From: Eledone cirrhosa | Lineage: Eukaryota | Length of the DNA stretch: 64,000 bases | Direction of reading: 5' to 3' | NCBI GenBank assembly: GCA_964016885.1 | Contig: CAXHJY010000414.1 | Location: forward strand, 124,001-188,000 | Shown here: piece after piece, positions 45,875 to 64,000 of the stretch | How positions within the stretch are numbered: position 1 is the first letter of the stretch | How the letters are laid out: each line of letters opens with the position of its first letter | Program-made: the position numbers and the translations under genes | The notes under the pieces: model-generated | What the model saw: the letters and a program-made list of their open reading frames with translations, nothing else | Database searches by the model: none | What the model was told of the DNA's origin: nothing

Positions 45875-46048
45875 AGTATTGGTAGAGCGTCAGACACCAT
45901 GCGTTGCAGTATTGTTATGGTCCTTTGCATTCTAAGTTCAAATCCTGCCGAGGTTAACTTCGACTTTCATACTTACTAATTCGATAAAATAAAGTACCAG
46001 TAATGGACTGCCGTAATGGATTTGTGCCGAAAAATAGAAACACTATTA
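45875..46048 (+). mobile_element. Diverged SINE, family of 4458
   Basis: aagttcaaatcctgccgaggttaact...tcgataaaataaagtaccag. Confidence 0.75.
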
Positions 46049-46597
46049 ATGTGCAATAAGAGCAAAATATAACGACATTGCTCAATTATTTTATCTAATG
46101 TTGTAATAACACAAGGAAATGTTGTTTGTGTATTTTTTTTTATATTTGCTCATAGGCTTTTACAATTTCGCTCAGCCAACAACTATTAAAAAGTGAGTTG
46201 CTTAAGATAACAATTTAATCACAAATTGTTGCTATCTTTTAATACACACCAACAAGTCATCAAATTATGTACAATAAAAACAAATCTTATTAATTTTCTC
46301 AGGGAATATAAAGAAAATGTATATACACTGATAATTGCAATTGTATGTAAATATTTTGTATTTGTATTGTTTATTTTATGTCTTCTATTATGTATAATAT
46401 ATTGATTTAATATTGATTGTTTTTTGTAGTTGTTTATATTAAAAGTCTGAAAATATTTTTATACATCTTACACTAATATTATAAGATAATTTATAATAAC
46501 AATTACATAATCTAATTACATTACAACGATAATTTATTATTAATAAATATCCTGTTTAACTAGAGTTATTACAAGCGTTGCCTTAAAAAAATATTAA

Positions 46598-47559
46598 ACT
46601 AGACATGAAAAATGCGCAAGCTCAAAAGTGCCACAGAATGTTATAATAAACCTTCAAAAGTGTGGGACTAGAGTTGTTGCTAAAAAATATTGTAATCATT
46701 ATATATCGTACATTCTGTGGCATCCTTTATAAAAATAGCTTAAACCAACGAAGCCTTTATTTTTACGCTATTTCACTTAGTTAATTCTTAGAGTGTAACA
46801 TATAAAAATAAATACATCTATGTTTAATGTAATAACAGCTATAAATAATTACGTAATATTATTATCATATACTCATAGTAACAAAATAATTGTGTTGAAA
46901 ATTAATATGATGTTTATATGAACGATCAAATCTATAATGATAATTTCTTAAATATACTAATAGTAAAATAATTTAGTTATCTATTGTTACATTTTCATAG
47001 AACTATAATATTAACAATCGTATTGCATTATCAAATTTTTATCACTACAAACTTTCATATTGGAATTACCTTAAGCCACTTATTATTATATTACTTCGCT
47101 TTCGTACTTTTACAGCTGTAGATATTGCGCTGTATCTTATATCTAATATCAATATCTCATGGTAATTTGCATGCAGTGTAAAATAGGTTTATTAATAACT
47201 TTAATATGAAATGTATTATACAGGGCTGCGGAGTCGGCTAAAAATTGACTGGCTCCAACTCAGGATCCGATACTCCATTATTTCCTAAATTTCAGCTCCG
47301 CAGCTCTGTTATTATATTAATTAATTTATTTTATAGTTGTAAATCATATTTTTATATGTTACACTCTAAGAATTAACTAAGTGAAATAGCGTAAAAATAA
47401 AGGCTTCGTTGGTTTAAGCTATTTTTATAAAGGATGCCACAGTATGTACGATATATAATGGTTACAATATTTTTTAGCAACAACTCTAGTCCCACACTTT
47501 TGAAGGTTTATTATAACATTCTGTGGCACTTTTGAGCTTGCGCATTTTTCATGTCTAGT
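46598..47559. repeat. Long inverted repeat (213-bp arms 46598-46810 / 47347-47559)
   Basis: Arms are reverse complements with few mismatches; the right arm abuts (TA)n. Confidence 0.9.
47221..47308. mobile_element. 88-bp hAT-like MITE
   Basis: TIRs cagggctgcggag / ctccgcagctctg; 8-bp flanks gtattata / ttattata. Confidence 0.65.
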
Positions 47560-47568
47560 ATATATATG

Positions 47569-47603
<35 letters not shown>

Positions 47604-47646
47604 GTATATATATATATGTATATATATATATGTATATATATATATG

Positions 47647-47709
<63 letters not shown>

Positions 47710-47766
47710 GTATATATATATATGTATATATATATATGTATATATATATATGTATATATATATATG

Positions 47767-47925
<159 letters not shown>

Positions 47926-47926
47926 G

Positions 47927-47981
<55 letters not shown>

Positions 47982-47996
47982 GTATATATATATATG

Positions 47997-48115
<119 letters not shown>

Positions 48116-48130
48116 GTATATATATATATG

Positions 48131-48231
<101 letters not shown>

Positions 48232-48238
48232 TTATATG

Positions 48239-48269
<31 letters not shown>

Positions 48270-48276
48270 TTATATG

Positions 48277-48312
<36 letters not shown>

Positions 48313-48402
48313 CGTATATATATATATATATATGTATATGTATATATATGTATATATTTATATGTATATATATATATGTATATATATGTATATATATATA
48401 CG

Positions 48403-48435
<33 letters not shown>

Positions 48436-48460
48436 GTATAAATATATATGTATATATATG

Positions 48461-48493
<33 letters not shown>

Positions 48494-48518
48494 GTATAAA
48501 TATATATGTATATATATG

Positions 48519-48563
<45 letters not shown>

Positions 48564-48605
48564 GTATATGTATATGTATATATATATATTTATATGTATA
48601 TATAT

Positions 48606-48651
<46 letters not shown>

Positions 48652-48658
48652 GTATAAA

Positions 48659-48703
<45 letters not shown>

Positions 48704-48710
48704 GTATATA

Positions 48711-48753
<43 letters not shown>

Positions 48754-48878
48754 GTATATATATATGTATATATATATATATATATATTTATATGTATATA
48801 TATATGTATATATATATGTATATATATATTTATATGTATATATATATGTATATATATATATATATATATATTTATATG

Positions 48879-48933
<55 letters not shown>

Positions 48934-48952
48934 GTATATATACATATAAATA

Positions 48953-48983
<31 letters not shown>

Positions 48984-48993
48984 TTATATGTAT

Positions 48994-49033
<40 letters not shown>

Positions 49034-49082
49034 GTATATATATATGTATATATATATATATATTTATATGTATATATAAATG

Positions 49083-49113
<31 letters not shown>

Positions 49114-49148
49114 GTATATAAATATGTATATATATATATATTTGTATG

Positions 49149-49253
<105 letters not shown>

Positions 49254-49309
49254 ATATATATATATATGTATAGATGTGAGGAAAACCACAGACCCTCCAT
49301 CTCAACTCA

Positions 49310-49347
49310 CCTTTTGAAAAGCAGAAGAACTGCGAAACCGGTAAAGG
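49310..49347 (+). ncRNA. Minimal type I hammerhead, U3-A8 variant
   Basis: cctt-TTGAAAA-GCAGaagaaCTGC-GAAA-CCGG-TA-aagg. Confidence 0.8.
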
Positions 49348-49416
49348 AACCAAATAAATATATATATTTAAAAAAAAAATAAGACTTCAGTTGCATTTTC
49401 GATTTCATCTCTTTTT

Positions 49417-49977
<561 letters not shown>

Positions 49978-50014
49978 GTATATATATATATGTGTATATA
50001 TATATGTGTATATA

Positions 50015-50060
<46 letters not shown>

Positions 50061-50119
50061 TATATATATATATATACATATAAATATATATATACATATA
50101 AAAATATATATACATATAC

Positions 50120-50169
<50 letters not shown>

Positions 50170-50230
50170 GTATATGTATATATATATTTATATGTATATA
50201 TATATATGTATATATTTATGTATATATATG

Positions 50231-50288
<58 letters not shown>

Positions 50289-50333
50289 TACATATAAATA
50301 TATATATACATATAAAAATATATATACATATAC

Positions 50334-50381
<48 letters not shown>

Positions 50382-50454
50382 GTATATGTATATATATATG
50401 TATATGTATATATATATTTATATGTATATATATATATGTATATATTTATGTATA

Positions 50455-50537
<83 letters not shown>

Positions 50538-50546
50538 TTATGTATA

Positions 50547-50603
<57 letters not shown>

Positions 50604-50612
50604 TTATGTATA

Positions 50613-50653
<41 letters not shown>

Positions 50654-50678
50654 TTATGTATATATATGTATATATATG

Positions 50679-50718
<40 letters not shown>

Positions 50719-50726
50719 TATATGTA

Positions 50727-53700
50727 TGGCCGCCGCTGACACCAGACCAGGTGTCATACCGACAGCCATTACTGGCACCCCAAAAGTCACACCGGTGCTG
50801 CTGCTGAGTGTCAGGGGCCTGGTGAAACTCAGCAACATGAGTAAAATTTCCTACCTGGGAGACTTAGCCATAAGCAATCAAGCACTATGCATGGCACTAA
50901 CCGAAACGCACCTGACAAGCAGTATAGCAGATGCAGAAATACATATACCGAAATATACTGTATTTCGTTCGGACAGGAAGGAAAGAACTCATGGTGGGGT
51001 TGCTCTGTATATCCGTGAAGATGTCACACCAATTGTACTGTTGACACATTGAAACTCAGTCTGTGACACACTGATAATACATATGAAGCAACTACAGACG
51101 GTAATATGTGTCACATATCGGCCGCCCGATGCTCCCAGTCATGAGGGTAAATTTGAGGATAGCCTAAGTAGGATAGAAGAGGTCCTTGACAAACTGGACC
51201 AGGGTCTCAACATCCTACTGCTGGGAGACTTCAACCTACCAAAGGTCAAATGGCCTGAGGGCCACCTCCTCCCTGGAATGACGTCAATAGAACAGAGACA
51301 GACGGAATCCCTGCTGGCCCTCACACACAGGCTGTTCATGGAGCAAGCAATACTCCTCCCAACAAGAGGCGAAAATGTCCTGGACCTCTGTTTTACAAAC
51401 AACGAAGTGCTCATCCACAATGTAAAGGTGACACCAACAATTCTCTCGGATCATAACTTGGTAGAGCTAATGATATGTGGTCCAAGAGAACCAACAGAGA
51501 CAAAACCACCAAGAAGCTCCGGGACGCTATCCAGCCTTAACTTCTACGGGGCTGACTGGAAGAAGATTAAGAGTGAAATCCGGAAGCAAACATGGAGTGC
51601 AAACATCGCCACACAAGACACTAACACACAATTTCAACACTTCATGACAACGATACACACCATATGCAAAAAGTGTGTCCCGGAGAAAGAGGCAAACAGA
51701 CACAAAAATCTTATTCCCAGAGATAGGAAAATCCTTATGAGACGTAGAACTAAACTCTCAAACCAGTTGAATAGTCAACAAAACCAAAACAAGAAGGAAT
51801 CCTATTTGAAACGTGCACTACTTGACACCGAGATTGCACTCAAGCTTTCACATGAGAATGAGAGGGCAAGGAAAGAGAACAGGGCCATAGAAAACATTAA
51901 AACAAACCCTAAGGCCTTCTTTAAATTTGCAAAAGAAACTGCCTGAAGTACACTGCAAGATTGGACCACTCTTCCACACGGACGGTTCATTAACCGAAAA
52001 TCCCCAAGAGATATGTGAAATACTGAACGAACAGTACAAAAGTGTCTTCACATGTCCACTGAGGCACATGCAAATAACGAAGCCAGAAGAGTTCTTTGAT
52101 GCCACAACACTACATCAAGAAATGGCAACCATCAACCACATAGACATAACGGAGGAGGATGTGGTGTACGCCATTGATGAAATTTGAACAGACTCGGCTG
52201 CTGGACCTGATGGATTCCCAGCAGTTCTCCTAAAAATATGTAAGCGGGCCTTAGCAACTCCACTGAAGATGCTCTTCAGAAGCTCCTTGGCTAGCGGTGT
52301 ACTACCCAGGGAGCTGAAAGAAGACACAATATGCCCTATCCATAAAGGAGGTAGTAGAGCGGAGGCCAAGAACTATAGGCCAGTCTCCCTGACGTCGCAT
52401 ATCAGTAAGGTCATGGAGCGAGTCGTCAGAAAGAAACTAATCACTTTCCTCGAAGAAAATAACCGCCTGACTAGCACGCAACATGGCTTCCGCCCAGGAA
52501 GAAGCTGCCTTACACAGCTGCTACATCACTACGACTGGGTACTGAGACAACTACTAGACAGCTCACATGTAGATGTGATATATCTTGACTTTGCGAAGGC
52601 CTTTGACAAGGTCGACCACGGAATGATATGTCACAAACTACACGGACTCGGCATAACTGGAAAAGTAGGTGAGTGGCTGCATGGCTTCCTAAGGGACAGA
52701 AGCCAGGCAGTCGCAGCAAATGGGGCCCTCTCGAGGGAAACACCGATAACAAGTGGGGTGTCTCAGGGGACAGTCCTGCGACCACTACTGTTTTTGGTGG
52801 CTCTCTCGGACATGCCCTCTGTGGTGCATGCAACAACATCCCTCACTAGCTATGCTGATGACACTAAGGTAGCACAGGCAATCAAAAACCCGGCTGACGC
52901 TGCCCTCTTACAGCAGGATCTGGATGCCATATACAGATGGGCGGAAGAAAACAACATGCAGTTTAATGCTGGCAAATTCCAAGCCCTACAATACAAACCT
53001 GCAAACACAAACACAAATATAGCGGAACACAGCTACACAGGACCAGGAGGGACCGATATCCCCGTGTCAAAATCGATACGAGACCTGGGCATAGACATGA
53101 GCGATGATGCATCTTTTTCTTCACACATCATGAAGGTGGCGACAGCATGTAGACGATTCGCTGGCTGGATCTTGAGGACTTTCCTTACAAAAGATCGAGA
53201 CACCATGTTGACACTGTGGAGGACTTTTGTCCTAAGCCGCCTGGACTACTGCTCCCAGCTGTGGTCACCCCATAGTGTCAAACTAACCACAGAGCTTGAG
53301 GCAATCCAGCGAAGCTACACCAAGAGGATTGCCAAGATGAGGGAGACAAGCTACTGGGAGAGGCTGAAGGAACTGAACCTCTACTCCTTGGAGCGAAGAC
53401 GGGAGAGATACGCAGTGATCTACATGTGGAAAATCCTGGAGGGACTAGCACCAAACTTTGGCATTGGGAGCTGGACCAACCGTCGAACAGGACGTCACTG
53501 TGTGGTGCCAAAGGTCCCGTCTTCCACATCTAGAATAAGGAGCAGGTATTGCAATAGCCTGGGATTCAAGGGCCCTCAACTCTTCAACAGGCTGCCTAGG
53601 CATCTGCGAGACTTGCATGACGTGGAGGTGGATGTCTTTAAGAAAGATCTCGACACCTTATTATCCAGGATCCCGGATGAGCCCACAGCAAGACACGAGG

Positions 53701-53844
53701 GAAACCTAAGGGCAGCAGCAACAAACTCCCTCCTACACCAGTGGCCAACCTATACAGGCTGGAGATAAAATGTGTAGCAACAAGGGCGGTGCCCCAGCAT
53801 GGCCTCAGCCGGATGGCTGAAACAGGTAAAAGAGTAAAAGAGTA

Positions 53845-53845
<1 letters not shown>
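50727..53845 (+). mobile_element. CR1/L2-group LINE ORF2 (APE endonuclease and RT), pseudogenised, with 3' stem-loop and (GTAAAAGA)n tail
   Basis: ALTETHL, RSDR..GGV, YRPP, LLGDFN, TRGENVLDL, SDH; [29 protein letters not shown]; stops at ~51050, ~51944 and ~52185. Confidence 0.93.
52269..53768 (+). CDS. Non-LTR retrotransposon reverse transcriptase domain
   Basis: RT motifs as above, open for 499 aa. Confidence 0.92.
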   Translation: MLFRSSLASGVLPRELKEDTICPIHKGGSRAEAKNYRPVSLTSHISKVMERVVRKKLITFLEENNRLTSTQHGFRPGRSCLTQLLHHYDWVLRQLLDSSHVDVIYLDFAKAFDKVDHGMICHKLHGLGITGKVGEWLHGFLRDRSQAVAANGALSRETPITSGVSQGTVLRPLLFLVALSDMPSVVHATTSLTSYADDTKVAQAIKNPADAALLQQDLDAIYRWAEENNMQFNAGKFQALQYKPANTNTNIAEHSYTGPGGTDIPVSKSIRDLGIDMSDDASFSSHIMKVATACRRFAGWILRTFLTKDRDTMLTLWRTFVLSRLDYCSQLWSPHSVKLTTELEAIQRSYTKRIAKMRETSYWERLKELNLYSLERRRERYAVIYMWKILEGLAPNFGIGSWTNRRTGRHCVVPKVPSSTSRIRSRYCNSLGFKGPQLFNRLPRHLRDLHDVEVDVFKKDLDTLLSRIPDEPTARHEGNLRAAATNSLLHQWPTYTGWR

Positions 53846-53934
<89 letters not shown>

Positions 53935-53995
53935 GTATATATATTTATATATATATGTATATATATTCATATATATACATATATGTATTTATATT

Positions 53996-54036
<41 letters not shown>

Positions 54037-54077
54037 GTATATATACATGTATATGTATATATGTATATACATATATG

Positions 54078-54108
<31 letters not shown>

Positions 54109-54133
54109 GTATATGTATATATGTATATACATG

Positions 54134-54164
<31 letters not shown>

Positions 54165-54165
54165 G

Positions 54166-54199
<34 letters not shown>

Positions 54200-54202
54200 T
54201 AC

Positions 54203-54313
<111 letters not shown>

Positions 54314-54318
54314 TATAT

Positions 54319-54370
<52 letters not shown>

Positions 54371-54379
<9 letters not shown>

Positions 54380-54927
54380 TAAAAAAATAATGAATAAAAC
54401 AATGAAACAGTTCCTTATATTAAACAAAAAAAGTTCATTATTTAACGATCGTTTCTAGGATATATATGTGTTAGAATTGGCATGCATATTCAACAGATCT
54501 ATGTACAAAATTATACAAAATTATACAAACTATCAAAATTAAATATACATACCAACACATATATGTGCCGTCTTCAGAAATAATGAAATATATTTATTGA
54601 TAATAACAACAATTCAAAATTACAGGTCTGTTTGGGAACAGAGTTCAAATTGACCAATGAAAATACAAAAAGTTTATACAGTTAGGTGTGTGTATATATG
54701 TAATTAACTTCGTTCACAGGTATGCATAAAGATATATGTTCACATGCATACGCATGCCAAAAAGGTGTATGTAAATACAAAAATTCAAGGCTAATGTCTC
54801 TGTATGAATATGCATGCCAATTCTAACACATATATATCCTAGAAACGATCGTTAAATAATGAACTTTTTTTGTAATAATATAAGGAACTGTTTCATTGTT
54901 TTATTCATTATTTTTTTTATATTTTAT
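54371..54927. repeat. Inverted repeat (~122-bp arms 54371-54492 / 54805-54927)
   Basis: Reverse-complement match; the left arm abuts (TA)n. Confidence 0.85.
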
Positions 54928-55059
54928 CTTGACTCTGTATTCCGTTTATCTTTCACCGAAAGTGATATTTCATTGCATCTCTTCTTTCCATGATATCCGG
55001 ATTACATTGAGTTCTTCATACGGATTGGACACTACCGTAAACTCTTGGTAGATTTATCT

Positions 55060-59611
<4,552 letters not shown>

Positions 59612-60230
59612 TGGGTATAACTAGGAGTTACTGCAGGTTCACCCGGGTGAGCACTCAATGTTTAGGTTCACTTCTGTGATGATGTGTAGAAGCTATACAG
59701 AGTGTAAAATATAGAAAGGATGTCCACAACACACATCGCCGTATGTCCATAAACGCTTTTCCCCCGCGTTCCCTATGTCACCTTTTAACGGTATTCGATC
59801 CGGTATATATATTTTTGTCCCTCACAACTCCACCACCACACCACAAAACACAACTCCATACTTCATCAACACCGACAAAACATACCTCCACTCCCCAACC
59901 AACAATAGTGTGTGTGTCTGTGTGTAAGTATTTTACTCATACGGGCGTTTTAAGTGTGCGTGCGTGTACGCACATTTATCTGTATGTGTGTGTGTATGTG
60001 GACACATGTGTATACATATGTCTATGTGTGTGTATATATATGTCTGTATATACATATATATATTTATGTGTATGCATGTGTGTATGTGTGTGTATATATG
60101 TATGTGTATGTATGTGTGTGTATGTGTACGTCTACATATATGTATATGGGTAAATTTGACTGTATGTGTAGGTAGGCTCATATATGTGCATGTATGTGTA
60201 TATGTGCGTGTATGTGTAGGTGTCGGTACA

Positions 60231-60290
<60 letters not shown>

Positions 60291-61188
60291 CGCGTATACG
60301 TGTGTGCGAGTGTGTATGTGTATATCTTGCATACGAGAGTCCATGTGCCCATACCCATGTGTATGTATGTGTATGTATGTATGTATATATGTAAAACACC
60401 TTCTACATCGCCTTTCACCTTCCCCCCATCTCTGTCGTTCGCCACCCCCACCGGTACTCCCCCACTCTCCATATTCGTTACCGCATGCGCGCATGCACAT
60501 ACATGTGTGTACATATACATATGGCTGTGTGTGAGCGTATGCAGATATGTGTGGGCAAGGATGTGCGTATGTGTTTTATGTTGTGTGTGTTTATACAACA
60601 ATATATGTACACATATATACATATATGTGTGTACGTATACGTATATACAAGATATCTGTCAGACGAAGAGCGTCTAACTATGTATCTATGTAAGGACATG
60701 ACGCCACCAATACATCCAGGCACTACTACCCCCCCCCCACTCCCACCCACACGCAACCCGTCTACTGACAATCCACTAACCTCATACCACAGCCCATCCC
60801 ACTAAATAACCTTAACCACCACCATATCATCACATCCACCCCCACATACTCTACACGCCAAGGCCAACCCACCACCACCACACCACAGCCCACCTCATCC
60901 ACAGACCGTCACCAACATCTCACCATCACACCCACCCCCATATGCACTACAGGCCAGTACATCGCCTTCATCCTTCTCACCAATCAAAACATCTCATTTT
61001 GTCAAACTCTTGAAACTCTGACTTTACCACATAGCATATATTTCATTTTCTTATAGCATTTTAAGAGGGTCCGTCGAACAGCCGATTATTGAGCCGAGTA
61101 GGATCGAACCTTGAGCTTATCAGTGGCGAAACGTGCGTCACCTATCAATAAATGCAATGAAGGAAAAATCAATCGTCCTTTTTATCCT

Positions 61189-61315
<127 letters not shown>

Positions 61316-61363
61316 CATACATATATATATATATGTATACATATATATATATATGTATACATA

Positions 61364-61396
<33 letters not shown>

Positions 61397-61418
61397 GTAT
61401 ACATATATATATATATAC

Positions 61419-61473
<55 letters not shown>

Positions 61474-61522
61474 CATATGCTCTGATCAGAGCAAACAGCA
61501 CGGACACTCAATCTCAAAATTA

Positions 61523-61559
61523 TTTTGAAAAGCATTTAGAAATGCGCAACCGGTAAAAA
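61523..61559 (+). ncRNA. Hammerhead-like motif, U3-A8 variant with A13C change
   Basis: tt-TTGAAAA-GCATTT ag AAATGC-GCAA-CCGG-TA-aa. Confidence 0.55.
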
Positions 61560-61738
61560 CTTAAAAACTTAAAACCACAACTGAATACTAACCCATACAA
61601 TCACTAATACTCTTTTATTCCTAATTAAACCATTTTTCAACTGTGAACAATTTGTCAGCATTTTCTATTCCGTTTACCAATATATAATAACTTGTGTGTT
61701 ACACCTCTATTCTTTTAACTATATATATATATATATAC

Positions 61739-61781
<43 letters not shown>

Positions 61782-61821
61782 ATATTAATAAATGGAAACT
61801 ATATTTATAAAACCATATTTA

Positions 61822-61885
61822 TTTCATTATATATATTTCAAGGATACCAAGTTAAATCATGGTATGCCTTCATCAGACAAAATAC
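61822..61885 (-). ncRNA. Type I hammerhead in an inverted pseudo-LTR upstream of the PLE ORF
   Basis: Reverse complement: ttttgt-CTGATGA-AGGcATACCA..TGGTATcCTT-GAAA-TATATA. Confidence 0.7.
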
Positions 61886-61919
61886 AATATATAACAGTTT
61901 TACAAATAGATAATTGACG

Positions 61920-64000
61920 TACCCTTTCAAAAAGGGTACGTCAATTCTTCTCTAAAAGACATACCTCTACCTAGGAATAAAGATTTTATTAAACAATTAA
62001 TAGAAAAATCAGACTCCTTTATAAGAAGAATCAGGTGGCGTGCTTTCCACTTCGATAAATCTAATCTCAATGAAAATGTTTCAAATCTGGATAAAATCTT
62101 CAAATCTAAAAAAAATCCACCCCCCAACAAACTACTAATGGATTTTGAAAATGATAACATATCTATCATCCAAAGCATCAAATTCAAAAACAACTTCAAA
62201 GGCCAAGATTACTTAAGAGATATTAAGGATAAGATTGAAAACTTGGAGAAAACGGAGAAAATCCTAGTCAAGTCGGACAAAACTAATATCTTTACGGAAT
62301 ACAAAAGGACATTTATAACGACCTTATATTGAAGGAACTAAGGAAGAAATATAAAGTAGCAAATAAGGACGAACTTGAAAAACTGAATACAGATGCCTCT
62401 TGTATAATGCATGAACTAGACATTGAAAATAAAACACAACCTTTCATGCCAAGGAAACCTAAGATCAATATGAAGGATCATAAAATAAATTTTGAAAATG
62501 ATTTACCAGTCAGATTAATTGCACCATCTAAATCTGACCTGGGCAGACTTAGCAAAAATATTCTAGATAGAATAATACAACAAATTAAGAATTTACCTAA
62601 TTTATCTTACTTAAAATTATGGAAAGGGACTAGTGAGGTTATCGATTGGTTTAAAGAAATTAAATATAACTATAATAATAAGTTTATTCAGTTGGATATT
62701 GCTAACTACTACTCATCTATCACTCCTAATCTACTGAATAAGGCACTAACTTACGCATTTAAACATACAGACCTAACTAGCAATGAAAAGCACATTATAT
62801 TATCGGCACGGAAAACATTAATAGAATTTAATAACCAACTCTAGACTAGGGCAGATATAAATAATAATTTCGACATAACTATGGGATCTTCAGACTCAGC
62901 TCAGGTAACGGACCTTGTGGGCCTTTTTATAATTAATTCTCTACATAGAAAAATACCAGGGGTAACTGGAGGCTTATATCGTGACGACATGCTTTTACTT
63001 ATAGAAAATAATAGCTGTGAACTAAATAGAAAAAGAAAACAAATTATACAATTTTTTAATTACCTTAATCTAAAAGTAGAAATAGAGAATAATCATAAAA
63101 TAGTCAATTTTCTAGATGTAACACTAAATCTAAACACATGTCTTCATTATCCATTTCACAAACTAAATGAGAACTTAAATTATGTCAATTTTAACTCTAA
63201 TCACCCCAGATCCGTTAAAAATACTAGTGAACTCGGTTCAAGAACGAATCTCAAGAATTTCATCTAATAAGAATATATTTGATGAAAAAGCGCATTATTA
63301 CAACGAAGCGTTAGGTAGAGCTGGGTATAGAAATAAAATTAAATACATCGATAATAATAATAATATACAAAATAACCAAAATAATAACAACTTTAATTAT
63401 GGTAACAATTTCAACAACTATAATAGAAAATATTACAATAACTCCAAAAGCCGAAAAAGAAATAGAACAGGGAATATATTATGGTTCGCTCCTCCTTTCT
63501 CACTAAATATTAAAACCCCTATTGCTAAACTATTCTTTAAAGCTCTTGACAAACGATTCCCTAGAACACATAAATATTACTCAATTTTTGATAGACATAC
63601 TATAAAATTAACTTACTCTTCCACCAAAAATTTAGCGCAAAATATTAATAGAATTAATAATAGAAATTTAAAACCTAACCAAAATACCAAGAATAATCCA
63701 AGCAATATTCAATCGAATAACTGTAACTGTAGAAATAAATCAAACTGTCCGTTAAATAACAACTGCTTAGCTAAAAATGTAGTTTATAATTGTAATGTTA
63801 AAACTAATTTAAATTCATTTAACTATGTCGATTCTACCTCTACAGAATTTAAATCCCGCTTCAATAATCATAAAATTATTTTACAGATCCAAACAAAAAA
63901 TTTTCAACTTTGCTATCTAGCCTATTATGGGACCTAAAACGAGATAATGTTGAATATTCGTTGATTTGGAATATTATTTCAAAAGCTACTCCTTTTAATT
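61920..64000 (+). pseudogene. PLE RT and GIY-YIG (frameshifted; runs off the window)
   Basis: VKSDKT, KDHK..PVRLIAPSKS, FIQLDIANYYSSI, MGSSDSAQVTDLVG, GLYRDD, NFLDVTLNL, SNHP, CNCRNKSNCPLNNNCL..VVY. Confidence 0.9.

Overview
AT-rich, repeat-saturated animal genomic DNA. The SINE families and giant (TA)n tracts suggest a cephalopod, possibly an octopus (inference). I found no credible host protein-coding gene; almost all ORFs in the track are microsatellite artefacts. Real coding content is retroelement-derived: a near-full-length Penelope-like element (PLE) with pseudo-LTRs (19143-24287, -), three fragments of a second PLE clade (24288-27600 +, 29040-30773 -, 61920-64000 +), two CR1/L2-group LINE pieces (38937-39868, 50727-53845) and an RTE 3' fragment (41658-42558 -). 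There are also many tRNA-derived SINEs, a non-autonomous Helitron and a tiny hAT-like MITE. The main result is a dense set of type I hammerhead ribozyme (HHR) motifs. The standout is a non-coding, near-identical 591-bp tandem array (34163-37419, ~5.5 units plus an inverted 370-bp head, flanked by (TA)n). Each unit carries an intact-looking HHR with a U3-A8 covariant core (UUGAUAA) and a palindromic stem III. This is a candidate retrozyme-like (self-cleaving, possibly circular RNA) element mobilised by PLE reverse transcriptase. The U3-A8 core recurs in three other contexts in the window. All RNA structures were folded by eye, and none has been tested.
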